From contig CAZUSA010000001.1 in assembly GCA_964622835.1 (NCBI GenBank), positions 223,468 through 287,467 of the forward strand: DNA of 64,000 nt, written 5' to 3'. The stretch comes from Candidatus Woesearchaeota archaeon (GTDB lineage Archaea; Nanobdellota; Nanobdellia; SCGC-AAA011-G17; UBA489). Within the stretch, counting starts at the first letter, position 1; each line of letters opens with the position of its first letter. This document shows positions 50,359 to 59,731 of the stretch, in pieces. Position numbers and translations under genes: made by a program. Below the pieces are notes generated by a model that saw only the letters and a program-made list of their open reading frames with translations, searched no databases and was not told the DNA's origin.

Positions 50359-51589
50359 TTTTTACCCTCCAAACAATGAAGAATAATGCAATAAAGAGTA
50401 TTGCACCGACACCTTGCAAGAGGGTTACAACTTGTGCAAGAGTATCATGGTAGAGATAGATGAGGATAAGTTCAAGTGCTAAAAAGAAAGCAAATAAGTA
50501 AAGGAAGGTATATTTTTTAAGTGAAAGTAAGTAGAGAGAAAATAATTTTGAAAATGAAATGGTTGCCATGAATATACCGTAGGGAACGATAAGTGGTGTA
50601 ACAGAAAGATATGCAGAACCAAAGAGTAATTGTACAACAAAGGTACCAAAGAAGTGATATCCTAAGATAATAGGCACGGTAATGATTCCAATGATGCCAG
50701 CTGATTTCCACATCAATGATTTATGTGCTCCTCCTTGTTCGGAGAGTTCAACAACTTTAGGGAACATTACTTGGACGATGGAAAATGATGCAAAGAATAC
50801 TATTTTTCCTATGAGACTTATGACTGCATAATGTCCTGCATCTATTGCGGGAAAAAAGTGTTTAATCAAGAAAAGATCTAGGGAATAAAATGCTGTAAAG
50901 AAAAGAACGGTCACAAACATGGGTAATGTATATTTGTATATTTCTCGAAGAGGGAATGATTCTTTTGTTCCTTGAATGTATGTTTTTATTTTTCGAATGC
51001 CGTATATTGTTGCTAAGGCATAAGAAAGGATGATTGCAACAAGTGCTCCCCCAACACTGTATCCTAATATCACAAGCAATATTCCTGCAATGAGTTTTGT
51101 TGTTCCTTCTACGGCAAGGTTCATACCGTATGTGCGAAAGTGTTGTAGTCCTTGAAGAAAGCCACGAACAATAGAGAGTTCAGGAACGACGAGTATGGCC
51201 AGTATTGAAATAAACAAGAGATAGTAGGGTATGCGCAAATAGGATGAAAGAAAGATATTGACAATTAATAAAAGAACAAATGCTATGATTGTCCCATATA
51301 TCATTTTTTTGGTGTAGTCTGAATAAAGATAACGAAGGCGTTCAGTTTGTTTTTTCAGATGTAATAATGTTACAAATTTGGATATACTAAATTGGAATGT
51401 TGTTGCAAGTATACCCATTAACGCCGTAAGGGCTATGAGTGTTGCTAAGACACCATAACTTTCCGGTCCAAGTGTCCTTCCCATGTAAAAGTGAAAGAGA
51501 AATCCTGTAAGATTAATGACACCTGTTCCAATAAGTAAATATAAATTGTCTTTAAAAAAATGTTTGTTATCTGCCATTATATCACCCAT
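50351..51589 (-). CDS. oligosaccharide flippase (MOP/Wzx-like)
   Basis: 412 aa with about 12 TMs and a Wzx-like architecture. Confidence 0.6.
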   Translation of the reverse strand: MGDIMADNKHFFKDNLYLLIGTGVINLTGFLFHFYMGRTLGPESYGVLATLIALTALMGILATTFQFSISKFVTLLHLKKQTERLRYLYSDYTKKMIYGTIIAFVLLLIVNIFLSSYLRIPYYLLFISILAILVVPELSIVRGFLQGLQHFRTYGMNLAVEGTTKLIAGILLVILGYSVGGALVAIILSYALATIYGIRKIKTYIQGTKESFPLREIYKYTLPMFVTVLFFTAFYSLDLFLIKHFFPAIDAGHYAVISLIGKIVFFASFSIVQVMFPKVVELSEQGGAHKSLMWKSAGIIGIITVPIILGYHFFGTFVVQLLFGSAYLSVTPLIVPYGIFMATISFSKLFSLYLLSLKKYTFLYLFAFFLALELILIYLYHDTLAQVVTLLQGVGAILFIALFFIVWRVKNE

Positions 51590-52581
51590 ATAAGTGCAGC
51601 AAAGAAAGCTTGTATGACAAAGATGAAGTAGGTAATTTGTTTTTCAGTGTAGTTTCCGTTTTTCATAAACAAGTGTGTTACTGAATAGGGCGTGTCATAT
51701 TTTGATTGTATATTTCCATGCACCCATATGCCATAACTTGCTGCAGTAAAACGACTACGGAGTTTCAAAAAGAATTCTACAAAGAAAGGTATTGAAATAA
51801 TAAGTGCTGCTTTTTCAAGGTTACCGAGGATAGCTACGCTTGCAAGTGTCCCACCTAAGAAGTATGTTAATGAATCGCCTGGAAGAATTTTTGCTGGTGT
51901 TTTGTTGTAAAACCAAAAGGCACAGAGTGATGTAAAGGCAAGGAGTGCTAAGAGTGCTGCTATGTATTGGTTATGAACAAAGGCGTAGAAACCTAATGAT
52001 CCTAAATAAATAATTCCCATGCCCACTTCCAAACCATTTAATCCTGCAAGCATATTAACCATGTTTGCTGCACCGACAAATCCTATGGGTACAAAGAGTA
52101 ATGGATAAATAACACCTAAGGCTACATCACCAAAGAAGGGCAAATAAATTGTTGATGTTCCTGCGTGGGTGACCATTAGGGGTATTGCTGCAATAAGTGT
52201 GAGAAAGGGTTTTTGCCATTGGCGTAAACCTCCTGATGCTTCTTTGGATTTGGTAATGAGCACATCATCAAGGAATCCGATGATTGTTACTAAGAAAATA
52301 GATATAAACCCTGCAAAGAGAACGAGAAATTGTCCGCTTTCAAGAGTAAGTTCTGCTGCACCTATATCAAAGAATGTGCGAAAAAAGATGAAGAGCATGA
52401 ATCCTACGAAGAATCCTGCAAAGACGGCAAGACCTCCAGATATAGGAACGAGTGGCCGGTGTTCTTTGTTTTGGTCTTTGACAACAAGGTCTATGCGACG
52501 AAGGTATCTGATTAACCAAGGCGTCGTGAGATAGGTAATAAATGCACCGATAGCTGCCACGACAAATGCGAGGATGTTCAT
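51577..52581 (-). CDS. UDP-GlcNAc:polyprenyl-phosphate GlcNAc-1-P transferase (MraY/WecA/AglH family)
   Basis: 334 aa, 10-11 TMs, matches the MraY/WecA/AglH family. Confidence 0.65.
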   Translation of the reverse strand: MNILAFVVAAIGAFITYLTTPWLIRYLRRIDLVVKDQNKEHRPLVPISGGLAVFAGFFVGFMLFIFFRTFFDIGAAELTLESGQFLVLFAGFISIFLVTIIGFLDDVLITKSKEASGGLRQWQKPFLTLIAAIPLMVTHAGTSTIYLPFFGDVALGVIYPLLFVPIGFVGAANMVNMLAGLNGLEVGMGIIYLGSLGFYAFVHNQYIAALLALLAFTSLCAFWFYNKTPAKILPGDSLTYFLGGTLASVAILGNLEKAALIISIPFFVEFFLKLRSRFTAASYGIWVHGNIQSKYDTPYSVTHLFMKNGNYTEKQITYFIFVIQAFFAALIWVI

Positions 52582-52624
52582 ACTGCTTGTGGTTCTATGG
52601 GCTTTTAAAAATCTATGTCTTAGC

Positions 52625-53515
52625 CTATAATGGACTTATTACAGGTGTAACGTAGACTTCAAGGACCCCCGCAATAACAAGAACGATAACAGCGAGAATA
52701 ATGAGGTGCAATGCATCTTTCATGACGCGTCCAAAGACTGATGTGGAAAAGTCGTGTCGTACCACGGCAACACTGATGAGTCCGCCGGCAAGACCGCCAA
52801 TAAAATATGCGAGTATTTCTGGTAGTCCATGGATGAAATAGCGTAATAATCCTAAGGCATAGACTTGAAAATAACTGCCTATACTTGTTAATCCCACCGT
52901 GGCTGCATAACTGCTAATGTGTGTTCGAAAGAAATTTCCAAGTGCTGCGCTGATGACGGTTGCATTCCATGTTAAAATAAAGATGGCTCCCGCCCCATAG
53001 AAGAAACTAAAGAAGACACAGAAGAGCATGACTTTAAGATTGTTTCCAAAGATGCGAAGGAATAAACCATTAGCATAGGTCTTTCCTGAAACTTCGTTGA
53101 AACCAATGGCTCGCGTGTTTATTTCGTTGATGGTTTGTTCTTGTGAGGAAAAGAGTCCTGGTGTTTCATCTGTTCCTTCGACGATGTCTACAGGTAGGAA
53201 GATGTATGCTAAGGAAAATGTTGCTACGAATCCTAAGAACAGAAACATCAATGCAAGCAAAAGTTTGGAGTGTTCTTTGAGAAGATTTTTTTCACTAGAA
53301 ATGGTTAAGTCTTTTTTTTCTTCTGCTTTGAGTAAGGTGTACATTAACGGAACGGCTGCCATGACGGTTAGCAAAACCATAACAATGGTTGCTTGTTCTT
53401 TGAAGACCCAAAGAGAAAGAAAGATACCAAGAAGTGCGTAGACAGCACCAAGAAAAAAGAGATCCCATGGTTTTTTTTCTAAACGTTCTGGGGAGGTTAA
53501 TGATTCAAGCACCAA
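52625..53515 (-). CDS. SpoIIM/DUF95-like membrane protein
   Basis: FIHGLPEILAYFIGGLAGGLIS motif of the stage II sporulation M-like family. Confidence 0.5.
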   Translation of the reverse strand: MVLESLTSPERLEKKPWDLFFLGAVYALLGIFLSLWVFKEQATIVMVLLTVMAAVPLMYTLLKAEEKKDLTISSEKNLLKEHSKLLLALMFLFLGFVATFSLAYIFLPVDIVEGTDETPGLFSSQEQTINEINTRAIGFNEVSGKTYANGLFLRIFGNNLKVMLFCVFFSFFYGAGAIFILTWNATVISAALGNFFRTHISSYAATVGLTSIGSYFQVYALGLLRYFIHGLPEILAYFIGGLAGGLISVAVVRHDFSTSVFGRVMKDALHLIILAVIVLVIAGVLEVYVTPVISPL

Positions 53516-53573
53516 TATCTATCACCTTTTAGTGAAAGGTGGTATGTGCATTTATATATGTTTAGGATATCTA

Positions 53574-54656
53574 TTAATCGTCTTCTCGTCGTATGTTGTG
53601 TTTTGTTACACGAAGTTCTCCGTCTTTGAGTCGAATGATAAGATCGTCTCCATTACTAAATGAACTTCCTTTTGTGACAAATCGTGGTAGTGTGAGCAAT
53701 CCTTTGTCGATGTGTGCTTCTATGTAGTGTTCATCAAATCCGTTTTTTTCTTTTTTTGGCGTAGGAAGTTTTTTGTCTTGTTTGAAGGCAACAGTACCAT
53801 CGTATAATGCTTTTGCGACGGATTTTGCAACGTTTTTGTTTGTGTATTTCATGAGTCCTTTGAGGCCGGGACTGAGGTTTATTTCAATAACTGAAGGTTT
53901 ACGCCCTACTAAAATATCCACAGCGGCTATATCTGCTCCAAGGGCACGTGCTGCTTTAACGGACATTTTTTCAATGTCTGGTGTTAACGTTACAGGTACT
54001 CCTTTTCCACTTAAGTGAATGTTTGCTCGAACGTCTGTTGATGATGATACTCGTTTCATTGCACCGACAACTTTTCCTCCTGCAACAATAACACGAAGGT
54101 CTTCACTTTTTATGTCTCCTGTCTCTATGTAGTCTTGTATAATATAGGGTTGGTGAAAAACATCGAGTGCATCGATCATGGATCGTGCGGAACTTTCTGA
54201 GTCTGCAAATAAGACACCTTTACCATGGGTTCCTTCGGGAATTTTAATGATAATGGGATAGTGTACTTTGCCAAGAAGATTTTTTGCTTGTTGTGCGTCT
54301 GATATAAAATAACTTGTGGGTATGTTAATACCTTTTTGTTGAAGTTCTAATGTTCCTAAAAGTTTGTTATGTCCTAACGTAAATGCGTTGGGTTTTAGTG
54401 GCATGTATACTTTTTTGTATAGTGCACGCGTAAGTGCTCGTTGTAATAAAATATATTTGTGACTGCCGCGTATATAGACACAGTCAAAGTCGTCAAGTTC
54501 TCCAACACTGTCTTTAACACTAAAGCCTTGTTTGTCATCTAGTGCTATTTCAATATTTTTAAGATGTAGTTCAGTAACAATATCAAAGAATGCCCGTGCT
54601 TCTTTAGCGATATTTTTGCTGGTTTCTCCTTGTAAACTGATGACACAAAGTTTCAT
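53574..54656 (-). CDS. RimK-like ATP-grasp ligase (alpha-L-glutamate ligase family) with about 85-aa C-terminal extension
   Basis: ATP-grasp core (HYPIIIKIPEGTHGKGV; DIAAVDIL...VIEINLSPG); start set at MKLCVISLQ. Confidence 0.65.
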   Translation of the reverse strand: MKLCVISLQGETSKNIAKEARAFFDIVTELHLKNIEIALDDKQGFSVKDSVGELDDFDCVYIRGSHKYILLQRALTRALYKKVYMPLKPNAFTLGHNKLLGTLELQQKGINIPTSYFISDAQQAKNLLGKVHYPIIIKIPEGTHGKGVLFADSESSARSMIDALDVFHQPYIIQDYIETGDIKSEDLRVIVAGGKVVGAMKRVSSSTDVRANIHLSGKGVPVTLTPDIEKMSVKAARALGADIAAVDILVGRKPSVIEINLSPGLKGLMKYTNKNVAKSVAKALYDGTVAFKQDKKLPTPKKEKNGFDEHYIEAHIDKGLLTLPRFVTKGSSFSNGDDLIIRLKDGELRVTKHNIRREDD

Positions 54657-54660
54657 TGAT

Positions 54661-55059
54661 TTACTCCTTGGGAAGGTTATCAAGGTCTTTTGTGTTTTTA
54701 ATAAGGTGTTGGTTTGATTGTTGCAGTTTCTTCGTAGGGTCTATAATAAAGCCTTCACGGAGGATATTTTTGCCTATGAGGAGGGGGTAGCGGAGGTTTT
54801 CTCGTGATGCAATGGTAAATGATGCGGTGAGGGTTTTTCCACCGATAGTGATAGTTGCATCAACAACAGGTCGTATGCTTTCACCGTGGCTGCTTGAAAC
54901 CTTTGTTGTAGTATGTGCTGGACCTAACTTGAGAATCTCTGCAAGGCGTTGATCAATACTGCTTGTACTTGCTCCACTGTCTACTTTTGCACGAATATGC
55001 TTTGTATTAATGATAACATCTTCATAAAATCCAAGGGTTTGTGGATTGTCTGTCATCAC
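54661..55059 (-). CDS. retropepsin-like aspartic protease (Zn_protease/DUF785-type RimK partner)
   Basis: AKVDSGASTSSI (D-S/T-G-A catalytic motif); immediately upstream of the RimK-like gene, the usual two-gene module. Confidence 0.55.
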   Translation of the reverse strand: MMTDNPQTLGFYEDVIINTKHIRAKVDSGASTSSIDQRLAEILKLGPAHTTTKVSSSHGESIRPVVDATITIGGKTLTASFTIASRENLRYPLLIGKNILREGFIIDPTKKLQQSNQHLIKNTKDLDNLPKE

Positions 55060-55148
55060 TCAAAAAGATGGAAGAGCCTATAAAAAGGTAACGAAGAGCT
55101 CACAAAAGAGCGCAAAAGGCTTAAAAATAAAGGGGTGTTTATAAATGC

Positions 55149-56162
55149 ATGGCGCGAGAAGTAATAGAAAATTATTCAAAGTTCTTCTTCTTAGCTAGTT
55201 TTATAGGGGTTATTCTGTTATCTATTTATTTGGTTAAATCGTATATTATTTCGTTGGTTGGTGCGACACTTCTTGCGTATATTTTTTATCCGGTGTATGT
55301 AGCCATACAAAAAAAAGTACGTGGTAAAAAAACAAGTTCTCTTCTTACAACGTTGTTAGTTGTTATTATTATTTTTATTCCGTTAATTTTTGCAGCTAAT
55401 GCATTGATTGGTGAGTCTGTAGAATTTTTTCATATGACCAAAGATTTGGATTTGGTAAGTTTAGGAAATGGTTTAGGATTTGATTTGGGTGGTGCCGAAA
55501 ATCTTAATGAACAGATTGGTGAAAATTTAAATAAAATTTCTTTAGAGATTGCGCGTGCAACATCTGAGTTTGTGGTCTCATTGCCGAAGAAGATTTTGAA
55601 TATTTTTGTGATGTTGTTTTTGATGTATTTCTTGTTCATGGAAGGAAACAAATGTATTGAAAAGATTAAGAATCATATTCCCTTAAAAGCAAAACAAAAG
55701 CATGAGTTATCGAAGAAATTTAATAATGTTATTTATGCGTCATTGTATGGGATGGTGGTTACGGCATTTGTTCAAGGAGCTGTAGGTGCATTAGGATTTT
55801 GGGTCTTTGGCGTTAGTTCTCCAATATTATGGGGGTTAGTAACTATCATAGTAGCTATTTTACCGTTTGTAGGTGCTGCTCTTGTATGGTTGCCTGCGGC
55901 AATATACAAGTTAGCTGTAGGTGAAATGTTTAATGGAATTGGCCTCTTATTATATGGTGTCTTAATCATTAGTACGATTGATAATTTTATTCGTCCAAGT
56001 ATTGTTGGTAGTCGTGGTAATGTCCATCCTGCTCTCGTCCTGTTAGGTGTCTTAGGTGGGTTAGAGCTCTTTGGATTTTTGGGTATTATACTTGGTCCGT
56101 TAATCCTTTCTATTGGGTCTATGTTCTTAGATATGTATCTTCTTGAGAAGAAACCACAATAA
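55149..56162 (+). CDS. AI-2E family transporter (UPF0118/PerM-like)
   Basis: 8-TM topology with the C-terminal GLELFGFLGIILGPLIL segment typical of the family. Confidence 0.6.
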   Translation: MAREVIENYSKFFFLASFIGVILLSIYLVKSYIISLVGATLLAYIFYPVYVAIQKKVRGKKTSSLLTTLLVVIIIFIPLIFAANALIGESVEFFHMTKDLDLVSLGNGLGFDLGGAENLNEQIGENLNKISLEIARATSEFVVSLPKKILNIFVMLFLMYFLFMEGNKCIEKIKNHIPLKAKQKHELSKKFNNVIYASLYGMVVTAFVQGAVGALGFWVFGVSSPILWGLVTIIVAILPFVGAALVWLPAAIYKLAVGEMFNGIGLLLYGVLIISTIDNFIRPSIVGSRGNVHPALVLLGVLGGLELFGFLGIILGPLILSIGSMFLDMYLLEKKPQ

Positions 56163-56179
56163 AAAGTTCCTTTAAAAAA

Positions 56180-56236
56180 TTTATATACTCCTTAAGAAGA
56201 GTAAAACATTGTGTGATAAGGAGAAAGCTTTATATA
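56180..56236 (+). promoter_or_regulatory. two perfect TTTATATA boxes upstream of surface glycoprotein B
   Basis: TTTATATA at 56180..56187 and 56229..56236; a GAGGTGG RBS follows at 56296. Confidence 0.4.
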
Positions 56237-56309
56237 CAGCTCAGCGCTTCGCTTTCTCAGTGACAATTATATCACAAAATATCAATATAACACGTGAGGT
56301 GGAAAGATA

Positions 56310-57584
56310 ATGATAGATAAGAGGATGACCTACAGCACACTTGTTGTTGGTTTATTCATTCTGTTGGTTGCAGGTATTGCTAGCGCTCAAGTCTCGCTTA
56401 CCTTCGTTGCTCCAACAAACACAAACATAAATCTTACCGGTGCAACACAGTTTCTTAATATAACTGCGTCAGATATTAGTACAGGTAATGAAAACGTAAC
56501 AAATACAACATGGTATTACAGTACAGATGATAGTTTAACGTGGACATTTTTCTTCTCGCATAATGTTTCAGAAGATGATAATGTTTCAGCTTTAAATATT
56601 ACCTTTGACACTACTGGTCTTGCCATTGCTGACAGTTCAAACATTGATATTAATATTACTGTTGTAGGATTTGATGGTACAACCAACTCAACAACGATTG
56701 AGGGTCTACAACTTGATAATACAGTGCCGAATTCAACAGTAGCTGCTACTGATAATAATGATGATAGTCTAACTAGTAAGTTTGACTATGGTACTGATGT
56801 AAATATCGATTGTGATGCTGGTGATTTAACAACGGGTGTTCTAACAAGTGGAAGTTATGTTTCGGTAAAATTCCCTGGTATAAATTCATACGAAAACTTA
56901 AGCTTAACCAAAAATACGGCAACAAGTCTAAAAGCTGTATTGAAGGGTGTAAAAACTGAAAAACTTGGAACGTATAGCATTCGATGTCATACTCAAGATG
57001 TTCTTGGTTTTAGTAACACTTCTGAATTAAACCTAACAGCTCAAGAAGTTGTATTAAAGGGTACGAGTGCTGCTGCAATTCCAGGCTTCGAACCTCCAGT
57101 CGCTAAGACGTCTATTGGTTCAGGTACTGTTGCTGATGGTGGTCGTTTAACTACTGATGGTATAAGTCGATTAATGAAGGTAAATGCTGGTCTAAGAATG
57201 GACATTAACGGTGAAAAACACACTGTTGAAGTTGATACATTATCCGATGATAGTGTGACCTTAACAGTATCTTCAGAACCGTTTGATGTAACCATTAATG
57301 CTGGTGAATCTGAAGTTGTTGATGTGAATGGCGATGGTGTTGGTGACGTAAAAGTAACCTACCACAAGCTCTTTGCAAAAACATATGCTGACTTAACCTT
57401 TGAATTGGTAAGTGAACCCGTAACTGACACAGGATCTGATGATTCGTCTGATGATGCTGCAGTCTTTGATGATAGTGAACCTGAAGTGGTGCCACAATCT
57501 CAAGGCGGACTCACAGTAACGCTTGCCGTTATAGTGATCATTTTGATCATTGGGTATGCGTTAATTAAAGGAAAGAAGAAGTAA
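56310..57584 (+). CDS. surface glycoprotein paralog B (signal peptide, sequon-rich ectodomain, C-terminal TM)
   Basis: Signal LVVGLFILLVAGIASA|QVS; residues about 26-130 near-identical to paralog A; many N-x-S/T sequons; C-terminal D/S-rich stalk plus TM LTVTLAVIVIILIIGYALI KGKKK; GAGGTGG RBS 7 nt upstream. Confidence 0.75.
   Translation: MIDKRMTYSTLVVGLFILLVAGIASAQVSLTFVAPTNTNINLTGATQFLNITASDISTGNENVTNTTWYYSTDDSLTWTFFFSHNVSEDDNVSALNITFDTTGLAIADSSNIDINITVVGFDGTTNSTTIEGLQLDNTVPNSTVAATDNNDDSLTSKFDYGTDVNIDCDAGDLTTGVLTSGSYVSVKFPGINSYENLSLTKNTATSLKAVLKGVKTEKLGTYSIRCHTQDVLGFSNTSELNLTAQEVVLKGTSAAAIPGFEPPVAKTSIGSGTVADGGRLTTDGISRLMKVNAGLRMDINGEKHTVEVDTLSDDSVTLTVSSEPFDVTINAGESEVVDVNGDGVGDVKVTYHKLFAKTYADLTFELVSEPVTDTGSDDSSDDAAVFDDSEPEVVPQSQGGLTVTLAVIVIILIIGYALIKGKKK
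56448..56696. repeat. arm 2 of the inverted repeat (inside surface glycoprotein paralog B)
   Basis: See arm 1; the arms are about 49 kb apart and bracket the glycosylation super-cluster. Confidence 0.65.
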
Positions 57585-57638
57585 TTCTTCTTTTCCACCT
57601 CTCTTTTTTTTATTATACAGTGACAGTGTGCTAAGAAA

Positions 57639-58358
57639 TTATTTTTGTATGTCTTTCCAGTCAGTTCCACCAGTAAGTAGATGCATACATTTCAAAGAGG
57701 TATCTAAGAAAATTGTGTGGCCTTTTTCACGGACATCAACGCAGAAGTGTGTATCATCAAAAACTTCTGGCCGTTTAGGATCAATCCTAAATTGTGTGCC
57801 TTCTTCAAAGATACTGCGATGGATAAGCATACATCCAAGTCCAACAATTGCAACGGGCAATACTGCATCTTTCCGTACATGTTCATAGGTCAAACGATGA
57901 ACAAAGGTGCTTTTTTCTGAGTGTTTTTTATAGGCAACTGGTAGCACTTCTCGTTTGATAACTTTACCAGATTCAGTAACATGGCTAAACGGTTTAAAAT
58001 ACACTCCAGAAATGACTTTTTTATCATGGGCTAATAATCGTTCAATAATATCTTTGGGTGGTATAATATCACATTCCAGGCTTAAGAAATAGTCATAACC
58101 ACCATCAAGAACAGTTTGACGGAGGATGTTTCGTGATTGGATAAGGCGTTCTCGAGCAGATTCAAGATAGGGTATGTGTTGAACGGGTATTTTTGATGCT
58201 TGAATAGTCTTGAAGAAGGTATCATCTTTAGAGTTATCGACGAGGAGAACGTCCTTGTGAGCGTATGTAAGTGCGTGTAAACCGTTAACATAGCGGTCAA
58301 AGCAGTAAGCCTTATGATCAGATATAGGACATCCAACGAGTACTTTTGGTGGTGACAT
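57639..58358 (-). CDS. putative GT-A fold glycosyltransferase
   Basis: 239 aa; LLVDNSKDDT and SLECDIIP (DxD-like) suggest a nucleotide-sugar transferase fold; weak evidence. Confidence 0.35.
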   Translation of the reverse strand: MSPPKVLVGCPISDHKAYCFDRYVNGLHALTYAHKDVLLVDNSKDDTFFKTIQASKIPVQHIPYLESARERLIQSRNILRQTVLDGGYDYFLSLECDIIPPKDIIERLLAHDKKVISGVYFKPFSHVTESGKVIKREVLPVAYKKHSEKSTFVHRLTYEHVRKDAVLPVAIVGLGCMLIHRSIFEEGTQFRIDPKRPEVFDDTHFCVDVREKGHTIFLDTSLKCMHLLTGGTDWKDIQK

Positions 58359-58366
58359 AGTATGAA

Positions 58367-58449
58367 CGCCGCGGGCAGGATTTGAACCTACATATCCAAA
58401 GGAAACAGGCTTTCAAGGCCTGCGCAATACCAGATTATGCGACCGCGGC
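58367..58449 (-). tRNA. tRNA-Ser (anticodon TGA)
   Basis: Reverse complement folds: acceptor GCCGCGG/CCGCGGC, anticodon stem CAGGC/GCCTG with loop CTTGAAA, long variable arm (class II), T-arm GTAGG-TTCAAAT-CCTGC, discriminator G. Confidence 0.75.
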
Positions 58450-58481
58450 ATGGCAGAATCAGGGATGAATGTTTTTTAAAC

Positions 58482-59144
58482 CTACCTCATGATACCTAAT
58501 AACGTTAAAACGAGTCTATCTGCTGCTCGAATGATTTCCATTTCGTTAGGTGATGCTCCTTGAACAACAAGGCATCCTTCTTCTTCAAAGACAGCTGTTT
58601 CTTCACCAAGACGTAACCATATTACGAGTGTTCCATCGTGTGAGTCTTCACATGTTTTGATGGTTTGTTCTTCAAGTGATAATTGTGATTCTTCTGTTGG
58701 ACTCATGAAGGAGCTATTAACAGGTATGTTATACAAATGATTGTTGTCAATAAAGTAGTCTATTTCTTTTGCTGCAACAGTTGTTGCTCCGCGCAATTCA
58801 TCTGATGGTTCAATAGTTACATAGACATTCGTTGCATCAAGGATTATTTCTTTAACATAGGATGGATCAATAGGTATGTCTTCGAGTGTTCGCGGGTCTT
58901 CACGGATGCTCATTAATGTAGGAAATTGTGCATCGTTGAGGTAGAATTCAAAGATAAAACCTACGCCTGAATCTGCTGGTGAAAAAGGAATGCTGTTATA
59001 TGTGAAGTATTCACGTTCGATGGCAGTATTACTTGCTTGATAAAACCACACACCCATAGCAAGAAGGAGAACAAATCCTACAATAGTTATGATACCAATG
59101 GTTCGTTCAGTGTTTTTTGTTGGTTTTGCAGGTTCGTCTGTCAT
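58482..59144 (-). CDS. hypothetical N-terminally anchored extracytoplasmic protein
   Basis: TM IGIITIVGFVLLLAMGVWFY followed by an acidic ectodomain; downstream of the S-layer gene on the same strand. Confidence 0.45.
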   Translation of the reverse strand: MTDEPAKPTKNTERTIGIITIVGFVLLLAMGVWFYQASNTAIEREYFTYNSIPFSPADSGVGFIFEFYLNDAQFPTLMSIREDPRTLEDIPIDPSYVKEIILDATNVYVTIEPSDELRGATTVAAKEIDYFIDNNHLYNIPVNSSFMSPTEESQLSLEEQTIKTCEDSHDGTLVIWLRLGEETAVFEEEGCLVVQGASPNEMEIIRAADRLVLTLLGIMR

Positions 59145-59722
59145 GAAAATATTCCCCCGTGGTACATGATGAGTGCATCAGTAACGCCAAGAAGATAAGA
59201 TTCTGTTCCTTCAAGTGCAAAACAATTATTTTCATAGGTTGTTGATCGTTCGCCTGCAAGGGCGTATGTAAAAAGAAGTGTATTTTCTGGAAGTGTGTCA
59301 CAAGAGTATAAGGGCAGTTCTAAGCAGTGTTCTTCGTCTGCTGCTGCTTCTGTGCAAGAAAAGTGAATGGTTCGTTCTCTGTTAAGATTGAAGGCAAGTT
59401 CTTGCATGTAAACGACGGTTGCTTGGTTGGATACGTCAAGGTAAAGTGTGGGTGTAGCTAGAAAGTCTTGAAGGAATGATGGTGAAAGATGATCAATAAA
59501 TCCTTCTACTGTTGTAGGGTCATAACGTGTCCTATAGGTAATATCGTTAATAGTAAAGAGATATGTGCCACTATCTTGTCGGAAGACAATGTCATTGTAT
59601 TTTATTGTTGTTGAATCGTCTGATAGTCCACCAATGACAACACCAAACATACTCAAGACCATAATACCTATGATAAAAAGGGGAAGAAAAAGTTTACTTT
59701 TTTGTTTTGTTGTACGTCGCAT
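59141..59722 (-). CDS. hypothetical N-terminally anchored extracytoplasmic protein
   Basis: TM LFLPLFIIGIMVLSMFGVVIGG; 4-nt overlap with the downstream gene; weak similarity to 58482..59144. Confidence 0.45.
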   Translation of the reverse strand: MRRTTKQKSKLFLPLFIIGIMVLSMFGVVIGGLSDDSTTIKYNDIVFRQDSGTYLFTINDITYRTRYDPTTVEGFIDHLSPSFLQDFLATPTLYLDVSNQATVVYMQELAFNLNRERTIHFSCTEAAADEEHCLELPLYSCDTLPENTLLFTYALAGERSTTYENNCFALEGTESYLLGVTDALIMYHGGIFS

Positions 59723-59731
59723 CGTCTCTGC

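Noticed and set aside
57295-57495. His/Gln-rich antisense ORF (MAPLQVHYHQRLQHHQTNHQ...)
   Set aside because: It is antisense to the D/S-rich stalk-coding region of surface glycoprotein B, and is a compositional artefact of the GAT/GAC-rich sense strand
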